A stretch of DNA of 64,000 nt, taken from assembly GCA_965247635.1 (NCBI GenBank), contig CBDFHJ010000008.1, positions 394,734 to 458,733 of the forward strand. Reading direction: 5' to 3'. Each line of letters starts with the position of its first letter. Positions within the stretch are counted from its first letter, which is position 1. The notes beneath the pieces were generated by a model. That model saw only the letters and a program-made list of their open reading frames with translations. It had not been told where the DNA came from and made no database searches. Origin of the DNA: Dehalococcoidia bacterium (GTDB lineage: Bacteria > Chloroflexota > Dehalococcoidia > Lucifugimonadales > Australimonadaceae). Made by a program: the position numbers and the translations under genes. This document shows positions 8,351 through 16,940 of the stretch, piece by piece.

Positions 8351-9154
8351 TTACCCCAAGAACTCCGTGACCACCTGGGCGAACTCCTTGGGCTTGCGGG
8401 CCAGCGGGATGTGCGCGCCCTCCTTTATAAGCACAAGGTTGCCGTTGGGAAGCAGGTCAGCCGCCTGGCGGCCGTACTCGGGTGTGATGACGGGGTCGTC
8501 GTCGCCCCAAACGACCAAGGTGGGTGTCGTCATGGCGGGCAGACGGGTTGCCAGCCCCCATTCCGCCCGGATGTCGAGGTCGGCGACGTAGCGAACGATG
8601 GCGGCGTAGGCTTCGGCCGTGCCCGGCTGCTCCTGACGGCTGAACTCGTCGTCCACCATGGCATCAGTGACCGCGTAGGAGCCCTCGAAGGTACGCTCCA
8701 AGCTCCGCTGCACGGCGTCGCGGTCCGGCAGCCGAAACTCCCCGGGTGAAGTGGGGGCCGTCGGGTTGAGGCCGGCGTTGTTCACCAGCACCAGCTTGTC
8801 GACCCGCTCGGGGTGCTGATGCGCCACCAGCGCGCAGACCCAACCCCCAAGGGTGTGGCCGACCAGGCTGGCCCGTTCGATGCCCAAATCGTCGAGAAGG
8901 CCGACCAATGTATCGACCCAGAGTGGGAACGAATAGTCCGTTACCGGGCGATCCGAGTGGCCCCAGCCCAGGTTGTCCACGGCGATGGTGCGGTACCGCT
9001 CCGAGAGCAGCTCCATGGCCGGGGCGAACTGGTCGGCGGATGCGTTGAAGCCCAGTCCGTGCAGCATGACCATCGGCGCGCCAGTGCCCGCCTCGACGTA
9101 TCGGATGCGATGGCCGCCAACCTTGGCGTACCGGTTCTCAGAGATCGCTACCAT
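8351..9154 (-). CDS. alpha/beta hydrolase with atypical G-H-T-L-G nucleophile elbow
   Basis: 267 aa. MLHGLGFNAS, LVGHTLGG (codon ACC = Thr at the usual Ser position, verified on the DNA), WGDDDPV, GAHIP. Confidence 0.8.
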   Translation of the reverse strand: MVAISENRYAKVGGHRIRYVEAGTGAPMVMLHGLGFNASADQFAPAMELLSERYRTIAVDNLGWGHSDRPVTDYSFPLWVDTLVGLLDDLGIERASLVGHTLGGWVCALVAHQHPERVDKLVLVNNAGLNPTAPTSPGEFRLPDRDAVQRSLERTFEGSYAVTDAMVDDEFSRQEQPGTAEAYAAIVRYVADLDIRAEWGLATRLPAMTTPTLVVWGDDDPVITPEYGRQAADLLPNGNLVLIKEGAHIPLARKPKEFAQVVTEFLG

Positions 9155-9343
9155 GGGTCACCTCCTCGTTCGTCGTGACTGAAATCGCCTCACACCCAGC
9201 TACCTTGCCTCATGCCCACTACCCTGCGGCGTGAAGGTACCAGGAAGCGCGCCAGGGTGTACAGGCCTTGCGGGACGTGGAGGGCGTCGGCATACTAGGG
9301 TCTCGTCCGCCTCGAAGGATCATCCAGCGTTGGCTGGCGGTCA

Positions 9344-10582
9344 GTGGTGAAGAGAGGTGCGTTGAGAACTCAGGAGACACGCTACCGCCTGGTTATCGTG
9401 GGCCTGCTAGTGCTCCTCAACTTCACGCTGGGGTTGAACTTCGGCGGCGTGGCGCCGGTCCTATCCGTGATGATGGAGAGCCTAGACGTAGGCCGGGGGG
9501 CTGGGGGCGTACTCGCAGGCGGCGGGCTAGCCGTTATGGCAGTCGCCAGTCTCCCCGCAGGATACTTGGCCGTCCGGCTGGGGCTAAAGCGGACCATCGC
9601 CGCAGGATGGCTGCTCAGCGGGGTCACGGCGCTGACCCCTTTGGCGGACTCTTACGGCTCCGTGCTGACGCTGCGGCTCCTCTTGGGCGTGGGGGCTGCC
9701 ATAGCCTTCCCTGCGACCGGTCCTCTGGTGATGCAATGGTTCCGTCGAAGTCAGGTTGCGCTCATTAGTGGCGTGATGATTGCCGCCATGTCCGCTGGTC
9801 TGGCCGTCTCCCTATTTACTACCGCTCCCGTGGCGGAGGTGTTGGGATGGCAGGAAGCATTGGCGCTCCAGGGCTTGCTCTCGTTGGGTGGCGGAGTCCT
9901 CTGGCTTTTGCTGGGCAGGACAACGGGAACAGCTATAGGCCTAGATGCACAGGCTACATGGCAGCAGGTGCGGCGCGCCCTCACCACTAAGATCACTTGG
10001 CTGGTGGCGCTGGCCGACGCCGGACCCTTTGCCTTATACATAGCCCTGACCTCGTGGCTGCCGACCTTCTACGGCGAGGAGTTGGGCATGTCGGCCTCCA
10101 GAGCAGGCATCCTTACCGGCCTTCTGCCCCTGGTGGGCATATTCGCGGTACTCGTCGGCGGAGCGATAGCGTCAGTACCCAGCCGCACACGCCCTCTATT
10201 CGTGACCCTAGGGCTTCTGGCATCCCTCTCCGGGTTCGGAGTGTTCCTGCTGGGAGAGGGGCCGCTCCTATACCTGGCCCTCCTCGGGCTGGGCATCGCG
10301 TCCTGGGCCTACCTACCCGCGCTAATGACGCTGCCTATGCAGCTCTCTGAAACGACCCCTGAACAGGTGGCCATAATCTGGGCGTTGCTCCTGACCACTG
10401 GGGGCCTCGTCAGCTTTATTTCGCCGCTTGCCGTAGGGGCCATGGCCGACGCATTGGGCACCTACACCCCCGGCTTTACGGTGTGGGCCGTCCTTGCCTT
10501 GAGCCTCGCGGCGGCTGGGCTGGCGTTACCAAGGATGGGGGCAAAGCGTGCCGCCGGCGACGAGGCTAGGGAAGCGGCATAG
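9344..10582 (+). CDS. MFS transporter
   Basis: 412 aa with about 12 hydrophobic segments. GTG start as in the ORF track; the start is uncertain. Confidence 0.8.
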   Translation: MVKRGALRTQETRYRLVIVGLLVLLNFTLGLNFGGVAPVLSVMMESLDVGRGAGGVLAGGGLAVMAVASLPAGYLAVRLGLKRTIAAGWLLSGVTALTPLADSYGSVLTLRLLLGVGAAIAFPATGPLVMQWFRRSQVALISGVMIAAMSAGLAVSLFTTAPVAEVLGWQEALALQGLLSLGGGVLWLLLGRTTGTAIGLDAQATWQQVRRALTTKITWLVALADAGPFALYIALTSWLPTFYGEELGMSASRAGILTGLLPLVGIFAVLVGGAIASVPSRTRPLFVTLGLLASLSGFGVFLLGEGPLLYLALLGLGIASWAYLPALMTLPMQLSETTPEQVAIIWALLLTTGGLVSFISPLAVGAMADALGTYTPGFTVWAVLALSLAAAGLALPRMGAKRAAGDEAREAA

Positions 10583-10644
10583 GTAGGCCTCCAAGGTGTA
10601 GTAAAGTACGCCCGCAACTTCGAGGAGGGGTACAGGAGCCAGCG

Positions 10645-11733
10645 ATGAGAAGCAGCGGCCTGCGAGTAGGAGTCATCGGCGTGGGATTCGGCGCGACGGT
10701 CCAGGTCCCGGGCTTTCAGTCCGAAGGCGTGGATGTAGTGGCCCTGTGCAGCCAACGCGAGGAGCGGGCCCAGCAAGCCGCCGCTACCCTCGGTGTCCCC
10801 CACGTCTATACCGACTACCGGAAGCTGATCGAGCGCGACGATCTGGACGTGGTGAGTATCGTCACACCGCCGGCCCTGCACCACGAGATGACCATGGCGG
10901 CGCTGCGGGCGGGCAAGCACGTGCTGTGCGAGAAGCCGTTCGCCATGGACGTGGCCCAGGCTCGCGAGATGCGCGACGCCGCCCGAGAGCGCGGGCTCAC
11001 GGCCATGATCGCCCACGAGTTCCGCTTTTCGCCTCAGCGCGCCTACGTCCGGGACCTCCTCGGCGAAGGGTACGTGGGCACGGTACAGATGGTGAACATG
11101 GAGGTGCTCTTCGGTTTTCCCAGGGGGCGCGGGCCGCGTCCCATGGCATGGGGATCGCGGGCCAGCATGGGCGGCGGACTACTGGGGGCGCTGGGCTCTC
11201 ACTACATCGACGCCCTTCGTCACTGGTGCGGCGAGCTCACGGGCGTCGGCGGTAGGCTGGCCACCCTCTTGCCTGAGCGCACCGACGAGGCCACGGGCAA
11301 GCCTGCGCTGAGCGACGCCGACGATGCCTTCTCGTTCACCGCCTCCCTGGCCAGCGGAGGTATGGCCACGCTGACTGCCTCGATGGCGTTGGCGGTGCCA
11401 CAGGGGGTGCGGGTCTCCGTGCACGGAGACCAGGGTGCACTCCTCACTCCCCAACCAGGCCCGAACCCTCCCCCCGAGGGGGTCGTGTACGGCGCCAAGG
11501 CCGGCGAAGAGTTTGCCGAGCTGCCCATGCCGGACCGCTACTTGCCCTTCGACGACGCCAGGGACCATCGGCTCTTGCCCTTCCGCTTGCTGGTGCGGGA
11601 GTTTGTCAGAGGAGTCCAAGCGGGGACATCACCCTCGCCCAACTTTGACGACGGCTACCGGTGCCAGCAGGTGCTGGACGCGGTCCGGGAGTCGTCGGCC
11701 ACGGGCCGCTGGGTGGAGGTCCCGCGGGAGTAA
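10645..11733 (+). CDS. Gfo/Idh/MocA family NAD(P)-dependent oxidoreductase
   Basis: 362 aa. N-terminal Rossmann LRVGVIGVGFGA, and the EKPFA motif (CEKPFAMD). Confidence 0.85.
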   Translation: MRSSGLRVGVIGVGFGATVQVPGFQSEGVDVVALCSQREERAQQAAATLGVPHVYTDYRKLIERDDLDVVSIVTPPALHHEMTMAALRAGKHVLCEKPFAMDVAQAREMRDAARERGLTAMIAHEFRFSPQRAYVRDLLGEGYVGTVQMVNMEVLFGFPRGRGPRPMAWGSRASMGGGLLGALGSHYIDALRHWCGELTGVGGRLATLLPERTDEATGKPALSDADDAFSFTASLASGGMATLTASMALAVPQGVRVSVHGDQGALLTPQPGPNPPPEGVVYGAKAGEEFAELPMPDRYLPFDDARDHRLLPFRLLVREFVRGVQAGTSPSPNFDDGYRCQQVLDAVRESSATGRWVEVPRE

Positions 11734-11782
11734 CACACCGGGAGGCGGCTTACTAGATGGCGCCTGGTCCTTCGCGGCGGGG

Positions 11783-11912
11783 AGGTGGTGGGGGCCCTAT
11801 GCAGCCAACGCGAGGAGCGGGTCCAGCAAGCAGCAGCAGCCCTCGGTGTCCCCCCGTCTATGCCGACTACCGGAAGCTGATCGAGCGCGACGACTTGGAC
11901 GCGGTGAGCATC
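11783..11912 (+). pseudogene. Degenerate fragment of a second Gfo/Idh/MocA oxidoreductase gene (N-terminal region only)
   Basis: About 115-130 nt align to 10727..10860 of the upstream gene (TGCAGCCAACGCGAGGAGCGGG...CCGACTACCGGAAGCTGATCGAGCGCGACGA...GTGAG.ATC). The alignment shows substitutions and a 1-nt deletion. Similarity stops abruptly at 11912. Confidence 0.6.
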
Positions 11913-12006
11913 TAGAAGAGACGCGGAGCCTTCGGCTTGTGGTTACTGAATCACGACCACGACTGTTAGCAACCAGCAAAAGTGGGACACATTGGGAGCC
12001 GAGAGA

Positions 12007-12993
12007 TCAGGGGCTGGATGGAGGTCTGGCGAGCTCCCTGAGGGCCCTGTTGTAGCGTCGTCGCCGTTCGGTGGTTTGAGCCTTCACCTCCTTCCTGCGT
12101 TGTAGGATCTCTTGCCGTCTTCCCTTGAGCACGTCTGATGGTGTCACGTTGCCCAGAGCCTTGTGATAGCGCCGGTAGTTGTAGTAGCTGACGAAGGCCG
12201 CGATAGCAGCCTCAAGGTCGGCGGGCAACTCATAAGGCACCTGGTTGACGTCCCGTTTGATGGTCTGGTGGTAGCGCTCCAGCTTCCCGTTGGTCTGAGG
12301 GTGGAAAGGAGTTGCTAGGATGTGCTTGATGCCAACCATCCCCAGGTAGTCCCTGAATGCTCTTGAGACATAGCCTGGACCGTTGTCACTCAGCAGCCTG
12401 GTGCGGTCTGTGACTGGAACTTGGTCCATGCTGGTCGTGTCCACAGCATCCTGGACCACCTCGATGAAGGAGTCGGCCGTCATATCTTGCTGAAGCCTGT
12501 GAGCCAGGATGAAGCGGGAGTAGTCGTCCATAACGGTGACCAGGTAGTAGTAGCCCCACCCAACCACCCTGAAGTATGAGGCATCGGTGGCCCACATCTG
12601 GTGAGGTCCTGTGGTCTTGAGGTGGTACTCCTTCCCCGCGGCCAACCGCATCTCAGGCCTCTTCACTAGGCCCTCCCTGCCCAGGATACGGTAGACGCTG
12701 GACTCTGAGACTGAGAAGCCCTGGTTGTCGGTGATCCCCGCGGCCAGCTGACGGCAGCTCAGCTCTGGCATCTCCCTGGCTGATAACAGGACTGAGCGTT
12801 CTTCCTGAATAGTAAGACGGTTCCATGGTGGCTGATCGCCTCCTGGTCGGTCCTCAAGTCCTTGTTGGTCTTGGCGTCTGAGCCACCGGTAGTAGGTGCT
12901 CTTAGGGATGCCCAGCTCTCTGAGGACCTTTCGCTTGGGGAGGGGAGACGAGGATACTTTGGTAACTACCTCTGCCTTCTCCGGGGCGCTCAT
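12007..12993 (-). CDS. IS3-family transposase OrfB (DDE integrase core)
   Basis: 328 aa. WATDASYF...LLSDNGPGYVS...NGKLERYHQTIK (D,D,E region). It is in the -1 frame relative to orfA. Confidence 0.9.
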   Translation of the reverse strand: MSAPEKAEVVTKVSSSPLPKRKVLRELGIPKSTYYRWLRRQDQQGLEDRPGGDQPPWNRLTIQEERSVLLSAREMPELSCRQLAAGITDNQGFSVSESSVYRILGREGLVKRPEMRLAAGKEYHLKTTGPHQMWATDASYFRVVGWGYYYLVTVMDDYSRFILAHRLQQDMTADSFIEVVQDAVDTTSMDQVPVTDRTRLLSDNGPGYVSRAFRDYLGMVGIKHILATPFHPQTNGKLERYHQTIKRDVNQVPYELPADLEAAIAAFVSYYNYRRYHKALGNVTPSDVLKGRRQEILQRRKEVKAQTTERRRRYNRALRELARPPSSP

Positions 12994-13397
12994 CCGCTGG
13001 TACCGGTGGCGTCCTGGGGCATGGGGATGGCCGTTTTTTTGAGACGGTACGCCTCCAGCGACAGATCGGCCACTAGCTCCTTGAGTTCCCCGTTCTCTCG
13101 CTTGAGTTGCCCTACCTCATGCTGAGTGGCGTCCCGAACCGAGTCACGGGTCAACCTCTCCTTGCCCGCCTCCATGAACTCTTTGGTCCACGAGTAGTAG
13201 GAGTGGGGCTTGATCCCCTCCCGCCGGCACAGGTCGTTGACTGTGACCTCGCGGCGGAAGCCCTCCAGAACAATTCGGATCTTCTCTTCGGGGGTGTACT
13301 TACGTCGGGCAGCCGCCTTCACTGTGCGGACGAAAGACCTGGTCTGCTCGCTTCGTTCCTCGGCGGCCTCTGCTTTGCTTACTTCTAGTTGGGACAC
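12990..13397 (-). CDS. IS3-family transposase OrfA (HTH)
   Basis: 135 aa. RRKYTPEEKIRIVLE...NDLCRREGI HTH, then a leucine-zipper-like C-terminus. Confidence 0.9.
   Translation of the reverse strand: MSQLEVSKAEAAEERSEQTRSFVRTVKAAARRKYTPEEKIRIVLEGFRREVTVNDLCRREGIKPHSYYSWTKEFMEAGKERLTRDSVRDATQHEVGQLKRENGELKELVADLSLEAYRLKKTAIPMPQDATGTSG
13034..13040 (-). promoter_or_regulatory. Putative -1 programmed ribosomal frameshift site A-AAA-AAA in the IS3 orfA/orfB overlap
   Basis: Seven consecutive A on the coding strand, inside the codons for KKT of OrfA. The -1 frame is open from here into OrfB (own translation KKNGHPHAPGRHRYQRMSAPEK...). The identical site in copy 2 is at 21288..21294. Confidence 0.6.
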
Positions 13398-13508
13398 ATC
13401 TGCTCCTTTCTGTGGGTAGCTCTACCCTCATTTCAGGAGCTCACACCACCCTCCGACTCTCGGGTTTTCCTACCCTTATATGTGTCCCATTATCGCTGAC
13501 GGTCTACA

Positions 13509-13604
13509 CACCGTAACCAGGTGTACCCCCAGCTCATCCGCGATGGCCGCGTCGGTCCACTTCCTCTCTCGTAGCTGTGCCAGAAGCTCTTGAATGTCGT
13601 TCAT
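13509..13604 (-). pseudogene. Small HTH regulator gene truncated by IS3 copy 1
   Basis: Own translation from ATG 13604..13602: MNDIQELLAQLRERKWTDAAIADELGVHLVTV, then the sequence runs straight into the IS end at 13508. Confidence 0.5.
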
Positions 13605-13663
13605 AGTCCTAGAATACAGTGTTCAACTGTGGTTGTCAACAGCTTTCAACTATGCTATACCCC

Positions 13664-13692
13664 TTGACATACTGCCCGCTATAGCGTACAAT
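13664..13692 (+). promoter_or_regulatory. Sigma-70-like promoter TTGACA-N17-TACAAT, leaderless for the ORF at 13699
   Basis: -35 at 13664..13669 and -10 at 13687..13692. The ATG starts 7 nt after the -10. Three TCAAC boxes lie just upstream (13623..13650). Confidence 0.55.
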
Positions 13693-13698
13693 TAGAGC

Positions 13699-13953
13699 AT
13701 GTTAAGGAGACGGCATCAGAGGACGTTAGAGCGGGTACAGGCAATGCCTACGCCAGCGGATATTCGGTGGGACGAGATCGCGGCTCTCGTGGCAGCGTTA
13801 GGGGTTGAGATTGTGGAGCGTAGAGGATCGCGTGTACTGTTCCGCAAAGGCAATGCGTCTATCGTAGTGCATCGGCCACACCCGCAACCGGAAGCGCCGA
13901 GAGGCTCTGTTCGCAGGATCGCCGAATTCATCGAAAGTATTAGGGAGGGCTAG
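13699..13953 (+). CDS. HicA-family-like toxin (divergent)
   Basis: 84 aa. ...ADIRWDEIAALVAALGVEIVERRGSRVLFRKGNASIVVHRPHP... resembles the HicA/YcfA mRNA-interferase pattern. Recognised from memory, with no search. Confidence 0.55.
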   Translation: MLRRRHQRTLERVQAMPTPADIRWDEIAALVAALGVEIVERRGSRVLFRKGNASIVVHRPHPQPEAPRGSVRRIAEFIESIREG

Positions 13954-13955
13954 AC

Positions 13956-14189
13956 ATGCTGGAATATAAAGGCTATGTGGCGGGCATAGAGTATGACGAC
14001 TCAGTAGACGAGTTGTGTGCATCGGTTATCAACAGCGGTTCCTACTCTGTGGCCAACGCCTACGCGAGAGACGTTGACGGCCTGAAGCGTGAGTTTGCTC
14101 TGTCTATCGACGTATATCTTGAATCGTGCGCAGAGCATGGCATTCCACCTGCTGCCCCGACGCCAGTTTCTGTTGCGGTGGAGGAATAG
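13956..14189 (+). CDS. HicB-like antitoxin, N-terminal fold only (no DNA-binding domain)
   Basis: 77 aa, MLEYKGYVAGIEYDDSVDELCASV...DVYLESCAEHG. Starts 2 nt after the upstream stop. Confidence 0.55.
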   Translation: MLEYKGYVAGIEYDDSVDELCASVINSGSYSVANAYARDVDGLKREFALSIDVYLESCAEHGIPPAAPTPVSVAVEE

Positions 14190-14192
14190 GGC

Positions 14193-14531
14193 ATGACTGA
14201 GACTTATACAGTCTGGAAACTGGAAGACTATATCGACTCTGAGGAACGAGCTCGTGGAGTCCTAGAGGCCGCGGCTGAAGAGGACCCTGGGGATGGCACT
14301 GTCATCTGCTCGGTTCTCAGCGCGATTGCCAAGAGCAAAGGGATGAGCGCCCTGGCCCGCGATACAGGGCTCAATCGGGGCCATCTCTACGAAGCGCTGT
14401 CCGAGGACGGCAACCCATCTCTCGCCACGGTGATGAAGATAGCCCATGCCCTGGGTCTACGGCTGCGCCTGGAACCCATCGAGAAGATGACAGAAAAGGC
14501 TGCGACCCCTACTCCCCTAAGAGCCGACTGA
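14193..14531 (+). CDS. HTH 'addiction module antidote' protein (HigA/XRE-like)
   Basis: 112 aa. ...SVLSAIAKSKGMSALARDTGLNRGHLYEALSEDGNPSLATVMKIAHALGLRL... matches the antidote family pattern. Starts 3 nt after the upstream stop. Confidence 0.75.
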   Translation: MTETYTVWKLEDYIDSEERARGVLEAAAEEDPGDGTVICSVLSAIAKSKGMSALARDTGLNRGHLYEALSEDGNPSLATVMKIAHALGLRLRLEPIEKMTEKAATPTPLRAD

Positions 14532-14885
14532 TCCTACTCCCCGCCCTCTCCACTTAGCCCTAGCGGGCCGCGCAGACTAGCGTCGCCCGCTTACCCCCTC
14601 TCGGCGACCCACAAGGTCGCCGTTCGCTCCTCCTCAAACCAAACCTGTCCTCCGCTAATGCCCCCGTGACCGTCGGGCCGCGCCACGCCCGCTTAGGGTA
14701 GTGGTCGGCGACGCCGCTCGTAGACCTCACCGCGATCTCTACCACATCTCGTGTTATGCTGAAAGGAGAGTACAAGATGATGTTTAAACAGAAACCCCCC
14801 GGAGGCTACCAAGCACGTCGCTGGCTGCTTGGCAGATCTGAAGGAGACGTGGTGATCTGGCGCTTTGTGGAGGCGTCGCGGCAAG

Positions 14886-15137
14886 ATGGCCTACCGTGAA
14901 TCTGCTGGCCGGGACAGCGGTGGTCTGACGCAGCCCGCGAATTCCTTTGCCCGCTGGCAAAGGAACGGTGCTCATGACAACGGCGTTGGCATTGGTCACC
15001 CCAAGGGCTGGCGGCTGGCAGCCGAGGCCATGGGCATTGACTGGATGAAGCGCGACGAGCTCACCCAGGCCATCCCGCCAGCCTTCACGGAATTCATCGG
15101 GCGGCAGTTGTTGGCAGTGCAACAGGTGCAACAATGA
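14886..15137 (+). CDS. Hypothetical phage-region protein
   Basis: ORF whose stop overlaps the small terminase start (ATGA). The C-terminal ELTQAIPPAFTEFIG faintly recalls the C-terminal motif of DNA methyltransferases, but the ORF is too short to call. Confidence 0.3.
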   Translation: MAYRESAGRDSGGLTQPANSFARWQRNGAHDNGVGIGHPKGWRLAAEAMGIDWMKRDELTQAIPPAFTEFIGRQLLAVQQVQQ

Positions 15138-15574
15138 CACGCGCGAGACGTGGCACCAAAGCACGGAAGTGGGAGGACGACTTCCTGGCAGCCTTCTCTG
15201 CCCATGCCAACGTATCGGCGGCTTGCCGCGAGGCGGAGGTTGACCGCTCGACGGTCTACAGGCGCCGGGACGGGAACCCTGAGTTCGCGGCCCTGTGGAC
15301 TGAGGCCGAAGAACAGGCCCTGGACGCCATCGAGTTGGCCGTCACCAACGCTGCCTTGCAGGGCGACATGCAGACGGCGCGCTGGTTCCTGAGCCGCCGC
15401 CGCCCGGAGAAGTACCGAGAGCGTTACGACGTGGAGCACAGCGGCAAGGACGGCGGGCCTATACAGACGGACATGAAGGTGATACTGGATGCTCTCAACG
15501 ACCCAGAGGCAAGAGACACGCTTGATGCTCTTAGCCAACGCCTGGAGAGCCAGCCCAGCGGCGACGGCGGCTAG
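15134..15574 (+). CDS. Phage terminase small subunit
   Basis: 146 aa. HTH region NVSAACREAEVDRSTVYRRR, then WFLSRRRPEKY. It lies immediately upstream of the large terminase. Confidence 0.75.
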   Translation: MTRARRGTKARKWEDDFLAAFSAHANVSAACREAEVDRSTVYRRRDGNPEFAALWTEAEEQALDAIELAVTNAALQGDMQTARWFLSRRRPEKYRERYDVEHSGKDGGPIQTDMKVILDALNDPEARDTLDALSQRLESQPSGDGG

Positions 15575-16877
15575 GTGGTCAGGGGGGCGCTGGGTGCGCC
15601 AACCTCACCTGGACCTGATCTCCCGAAGGGTGGCATCCCTGGTTGAGAGGCCGTTGCGCCTCATCGTCTCCATGCCTCCGAGACACGGAAAGAGTGAACT
15701 GCTCTCTCACTGGACGCCGGTATGGTTTCTGGCAAACTGGCCGTGGAAGAGCGTGGGCCTGGCCAGCTACGCCGCCGACTTCGCTGGGACCTGGGGCCGT
15801 AAGGCTAGGGACTCGGTGATAGAGAACCAGTTGCAAATGGGCCTTCGGGTTCGGGACGACCTGAACAGGGCGTCGCAGTGGCAGCTATCAGCGGGAGGCG
15901 GAATGATGACCGCCGGCGTCGGCGGCCCCTTCACGGGGTACGGCTTCGATCTGCTGATTCTGGATGACCCTATCAAGAACCGGCAGGAAGCGGACAGCAT
16001 CACGATGCGCAACCATCTGTGGGAGTGGTGGCGTTCGACGGCTCGCACGAGGCTGGAGCCGGGGGACTCCGTCATCATCGTCGCGACGCGTTGGCATGAA
16101 GACGACCTCATAGGCCGACTGCTGAGCGACGACTTCCTGGAGGGAGAGGAAGCGAGTGACCGATGGCAGCACTTACGGCTTCCAGCACTGGCCGAGCCAG
16201 GTGACCCCCTGGGGCGAGAGGAGGACGCGCCACTGTGGCCTGAGCGGTACGACACGGCTTCCCTGGCCGCGGCCAGGGTGGACATCGGTCCCCAGGAATG
16301 GCCGGGGCTCTACCAGCAGCGCCCGTCCCGACAGGGGGGCAGCGTGTTCCGGGACCAGTGGTGGGCCTTCGAGGAAAAGGTGGAGCCGGGAGAGCGGGTG
16401 TTCCAGTTCTGGGACACGGCCTTCAAGACCGGACAGCAGAACGACTACTCTGCGTGCTGCACCATGACGACGACTCCCAACGGCTACGCGGTGCTGGATG
16501 TGTGGAGAGATCGGGTTGAGTATCCAGACCTGCTGAAGGCTATGCAGGCTCAGGCCAAGGAGCACAACCCCTCGGCTATCTTCGTCGAGGACGCGGCCAG
16601 CGGGCAGTCGGTGGTGCAGAGTCTACGGCGCGAGACCAGGCTGCCGGTGCTGCCAGTCAAGCCCGTGGGAGATAAGGTTCTGAGGGCGAACAAGGTGACG
16701 GGCACAGTGGAGGCCAAGAAGGTCATGCTGCCGAAGACGGCCCCGTGGCTTCAGGCTTTCCGCGAGGAGCTCGCGGCCTTCCCCAACGGCGTACACGACG
16801 ACCAGGTGGACGCCTTCGTCGGCTGTCTCACGCAGTTCATGGGCAGGGCCGGAGGCATCGGCGGATTCTATGTATAG
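15489..16877 (+). CDS. Phage terminase large subunit
   Basis: Walker A-like PPRHGKSE, ILDDP, ATRWHEDD, and a C-terminal nuclease region DDQVDA. The true start is uncertain because the ORF overlaps the small-subunit gene. Confidence 0.85.
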   Translation: MLSTTQRQETRLMLLANAWRASPAATAARWSGGRWVRQPHLDLISRRVASLVERPLRLIVSMPPRHGKSELLSHWTPVWFLANWPWKSVGLASYAADFAGTWGRKARDSVIENQLQMGLRVRDDLNRASQWQLSAGGGMMTAGVGGPFTGYGFDLLILDDPIKNRQEADSITMRNHLWEWWRSTARTRLEPGDSVIIVATRWHEDDLIGRLLSDDFLEGEEASDRWQHLRLPALAEPGDPLGREEDAPLWPERYDTASLAAARVDIGPQEWPGLYQQRPSRQGGSVFRDQWWAFEEKVEPGERVFQFWDTAFKTGQQNDYSACCTMTTTPNGYAVLDVWRDRVEYPDLLKAMQAQAKEHNPSAIFVEDAASGQSVVQSLRRETRLPVLPVKPVGDKVLRANKVTGTVEAKKVMLPKTAPWLQAFREELAAFPNGVHDDQVDAFVGCLTQFMGRAGGIGGFYV

Positions 16878-16940
16878 GTGGAGGGCACAGGATACATTTG
16901 CAGTAAGGAGGCTTCCGGTGCCTGAGAAAGAGGGATAGGG

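Larger units (their letters stand above)
11964..13508 (-). mobile_element. IS3-family insertion sequence, copy 1 (1545 bp)
   Basis: Boundaries set by comparison with copy 2, offset +8254. Ends are TG...CA. Imperfect ~29-bp IRs: TGTTAGCAACCAGCAAAAGTGGGACACAT versus rc TGTAGACCGTCAGCGATAATGGGACACAT. Carries orfA/orfB with an ATGA overlap. Confidence 0.9.

Noticed and set aside
11964-13508. Target-site duplications for the IS3 copies
   Set aside because: The flanking triplets and tetramers do not match for either copy or in cross-combination (GAC/CAC, GAT/GTC). No TSD is claimed, and the absence is used only as a hint of secondary rearrangement.
14886-15137. Possible C-terminal remnant of a DNA methyltransferase upstream of the terminase genes
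   Set aside because: Only a ~15-residue resemblance (ELTQAIPPAFTEFIG versus the GNAVPP-type C-terminal motif). None of the other methyltransferase motifs are present. It is kept as hypothetical.
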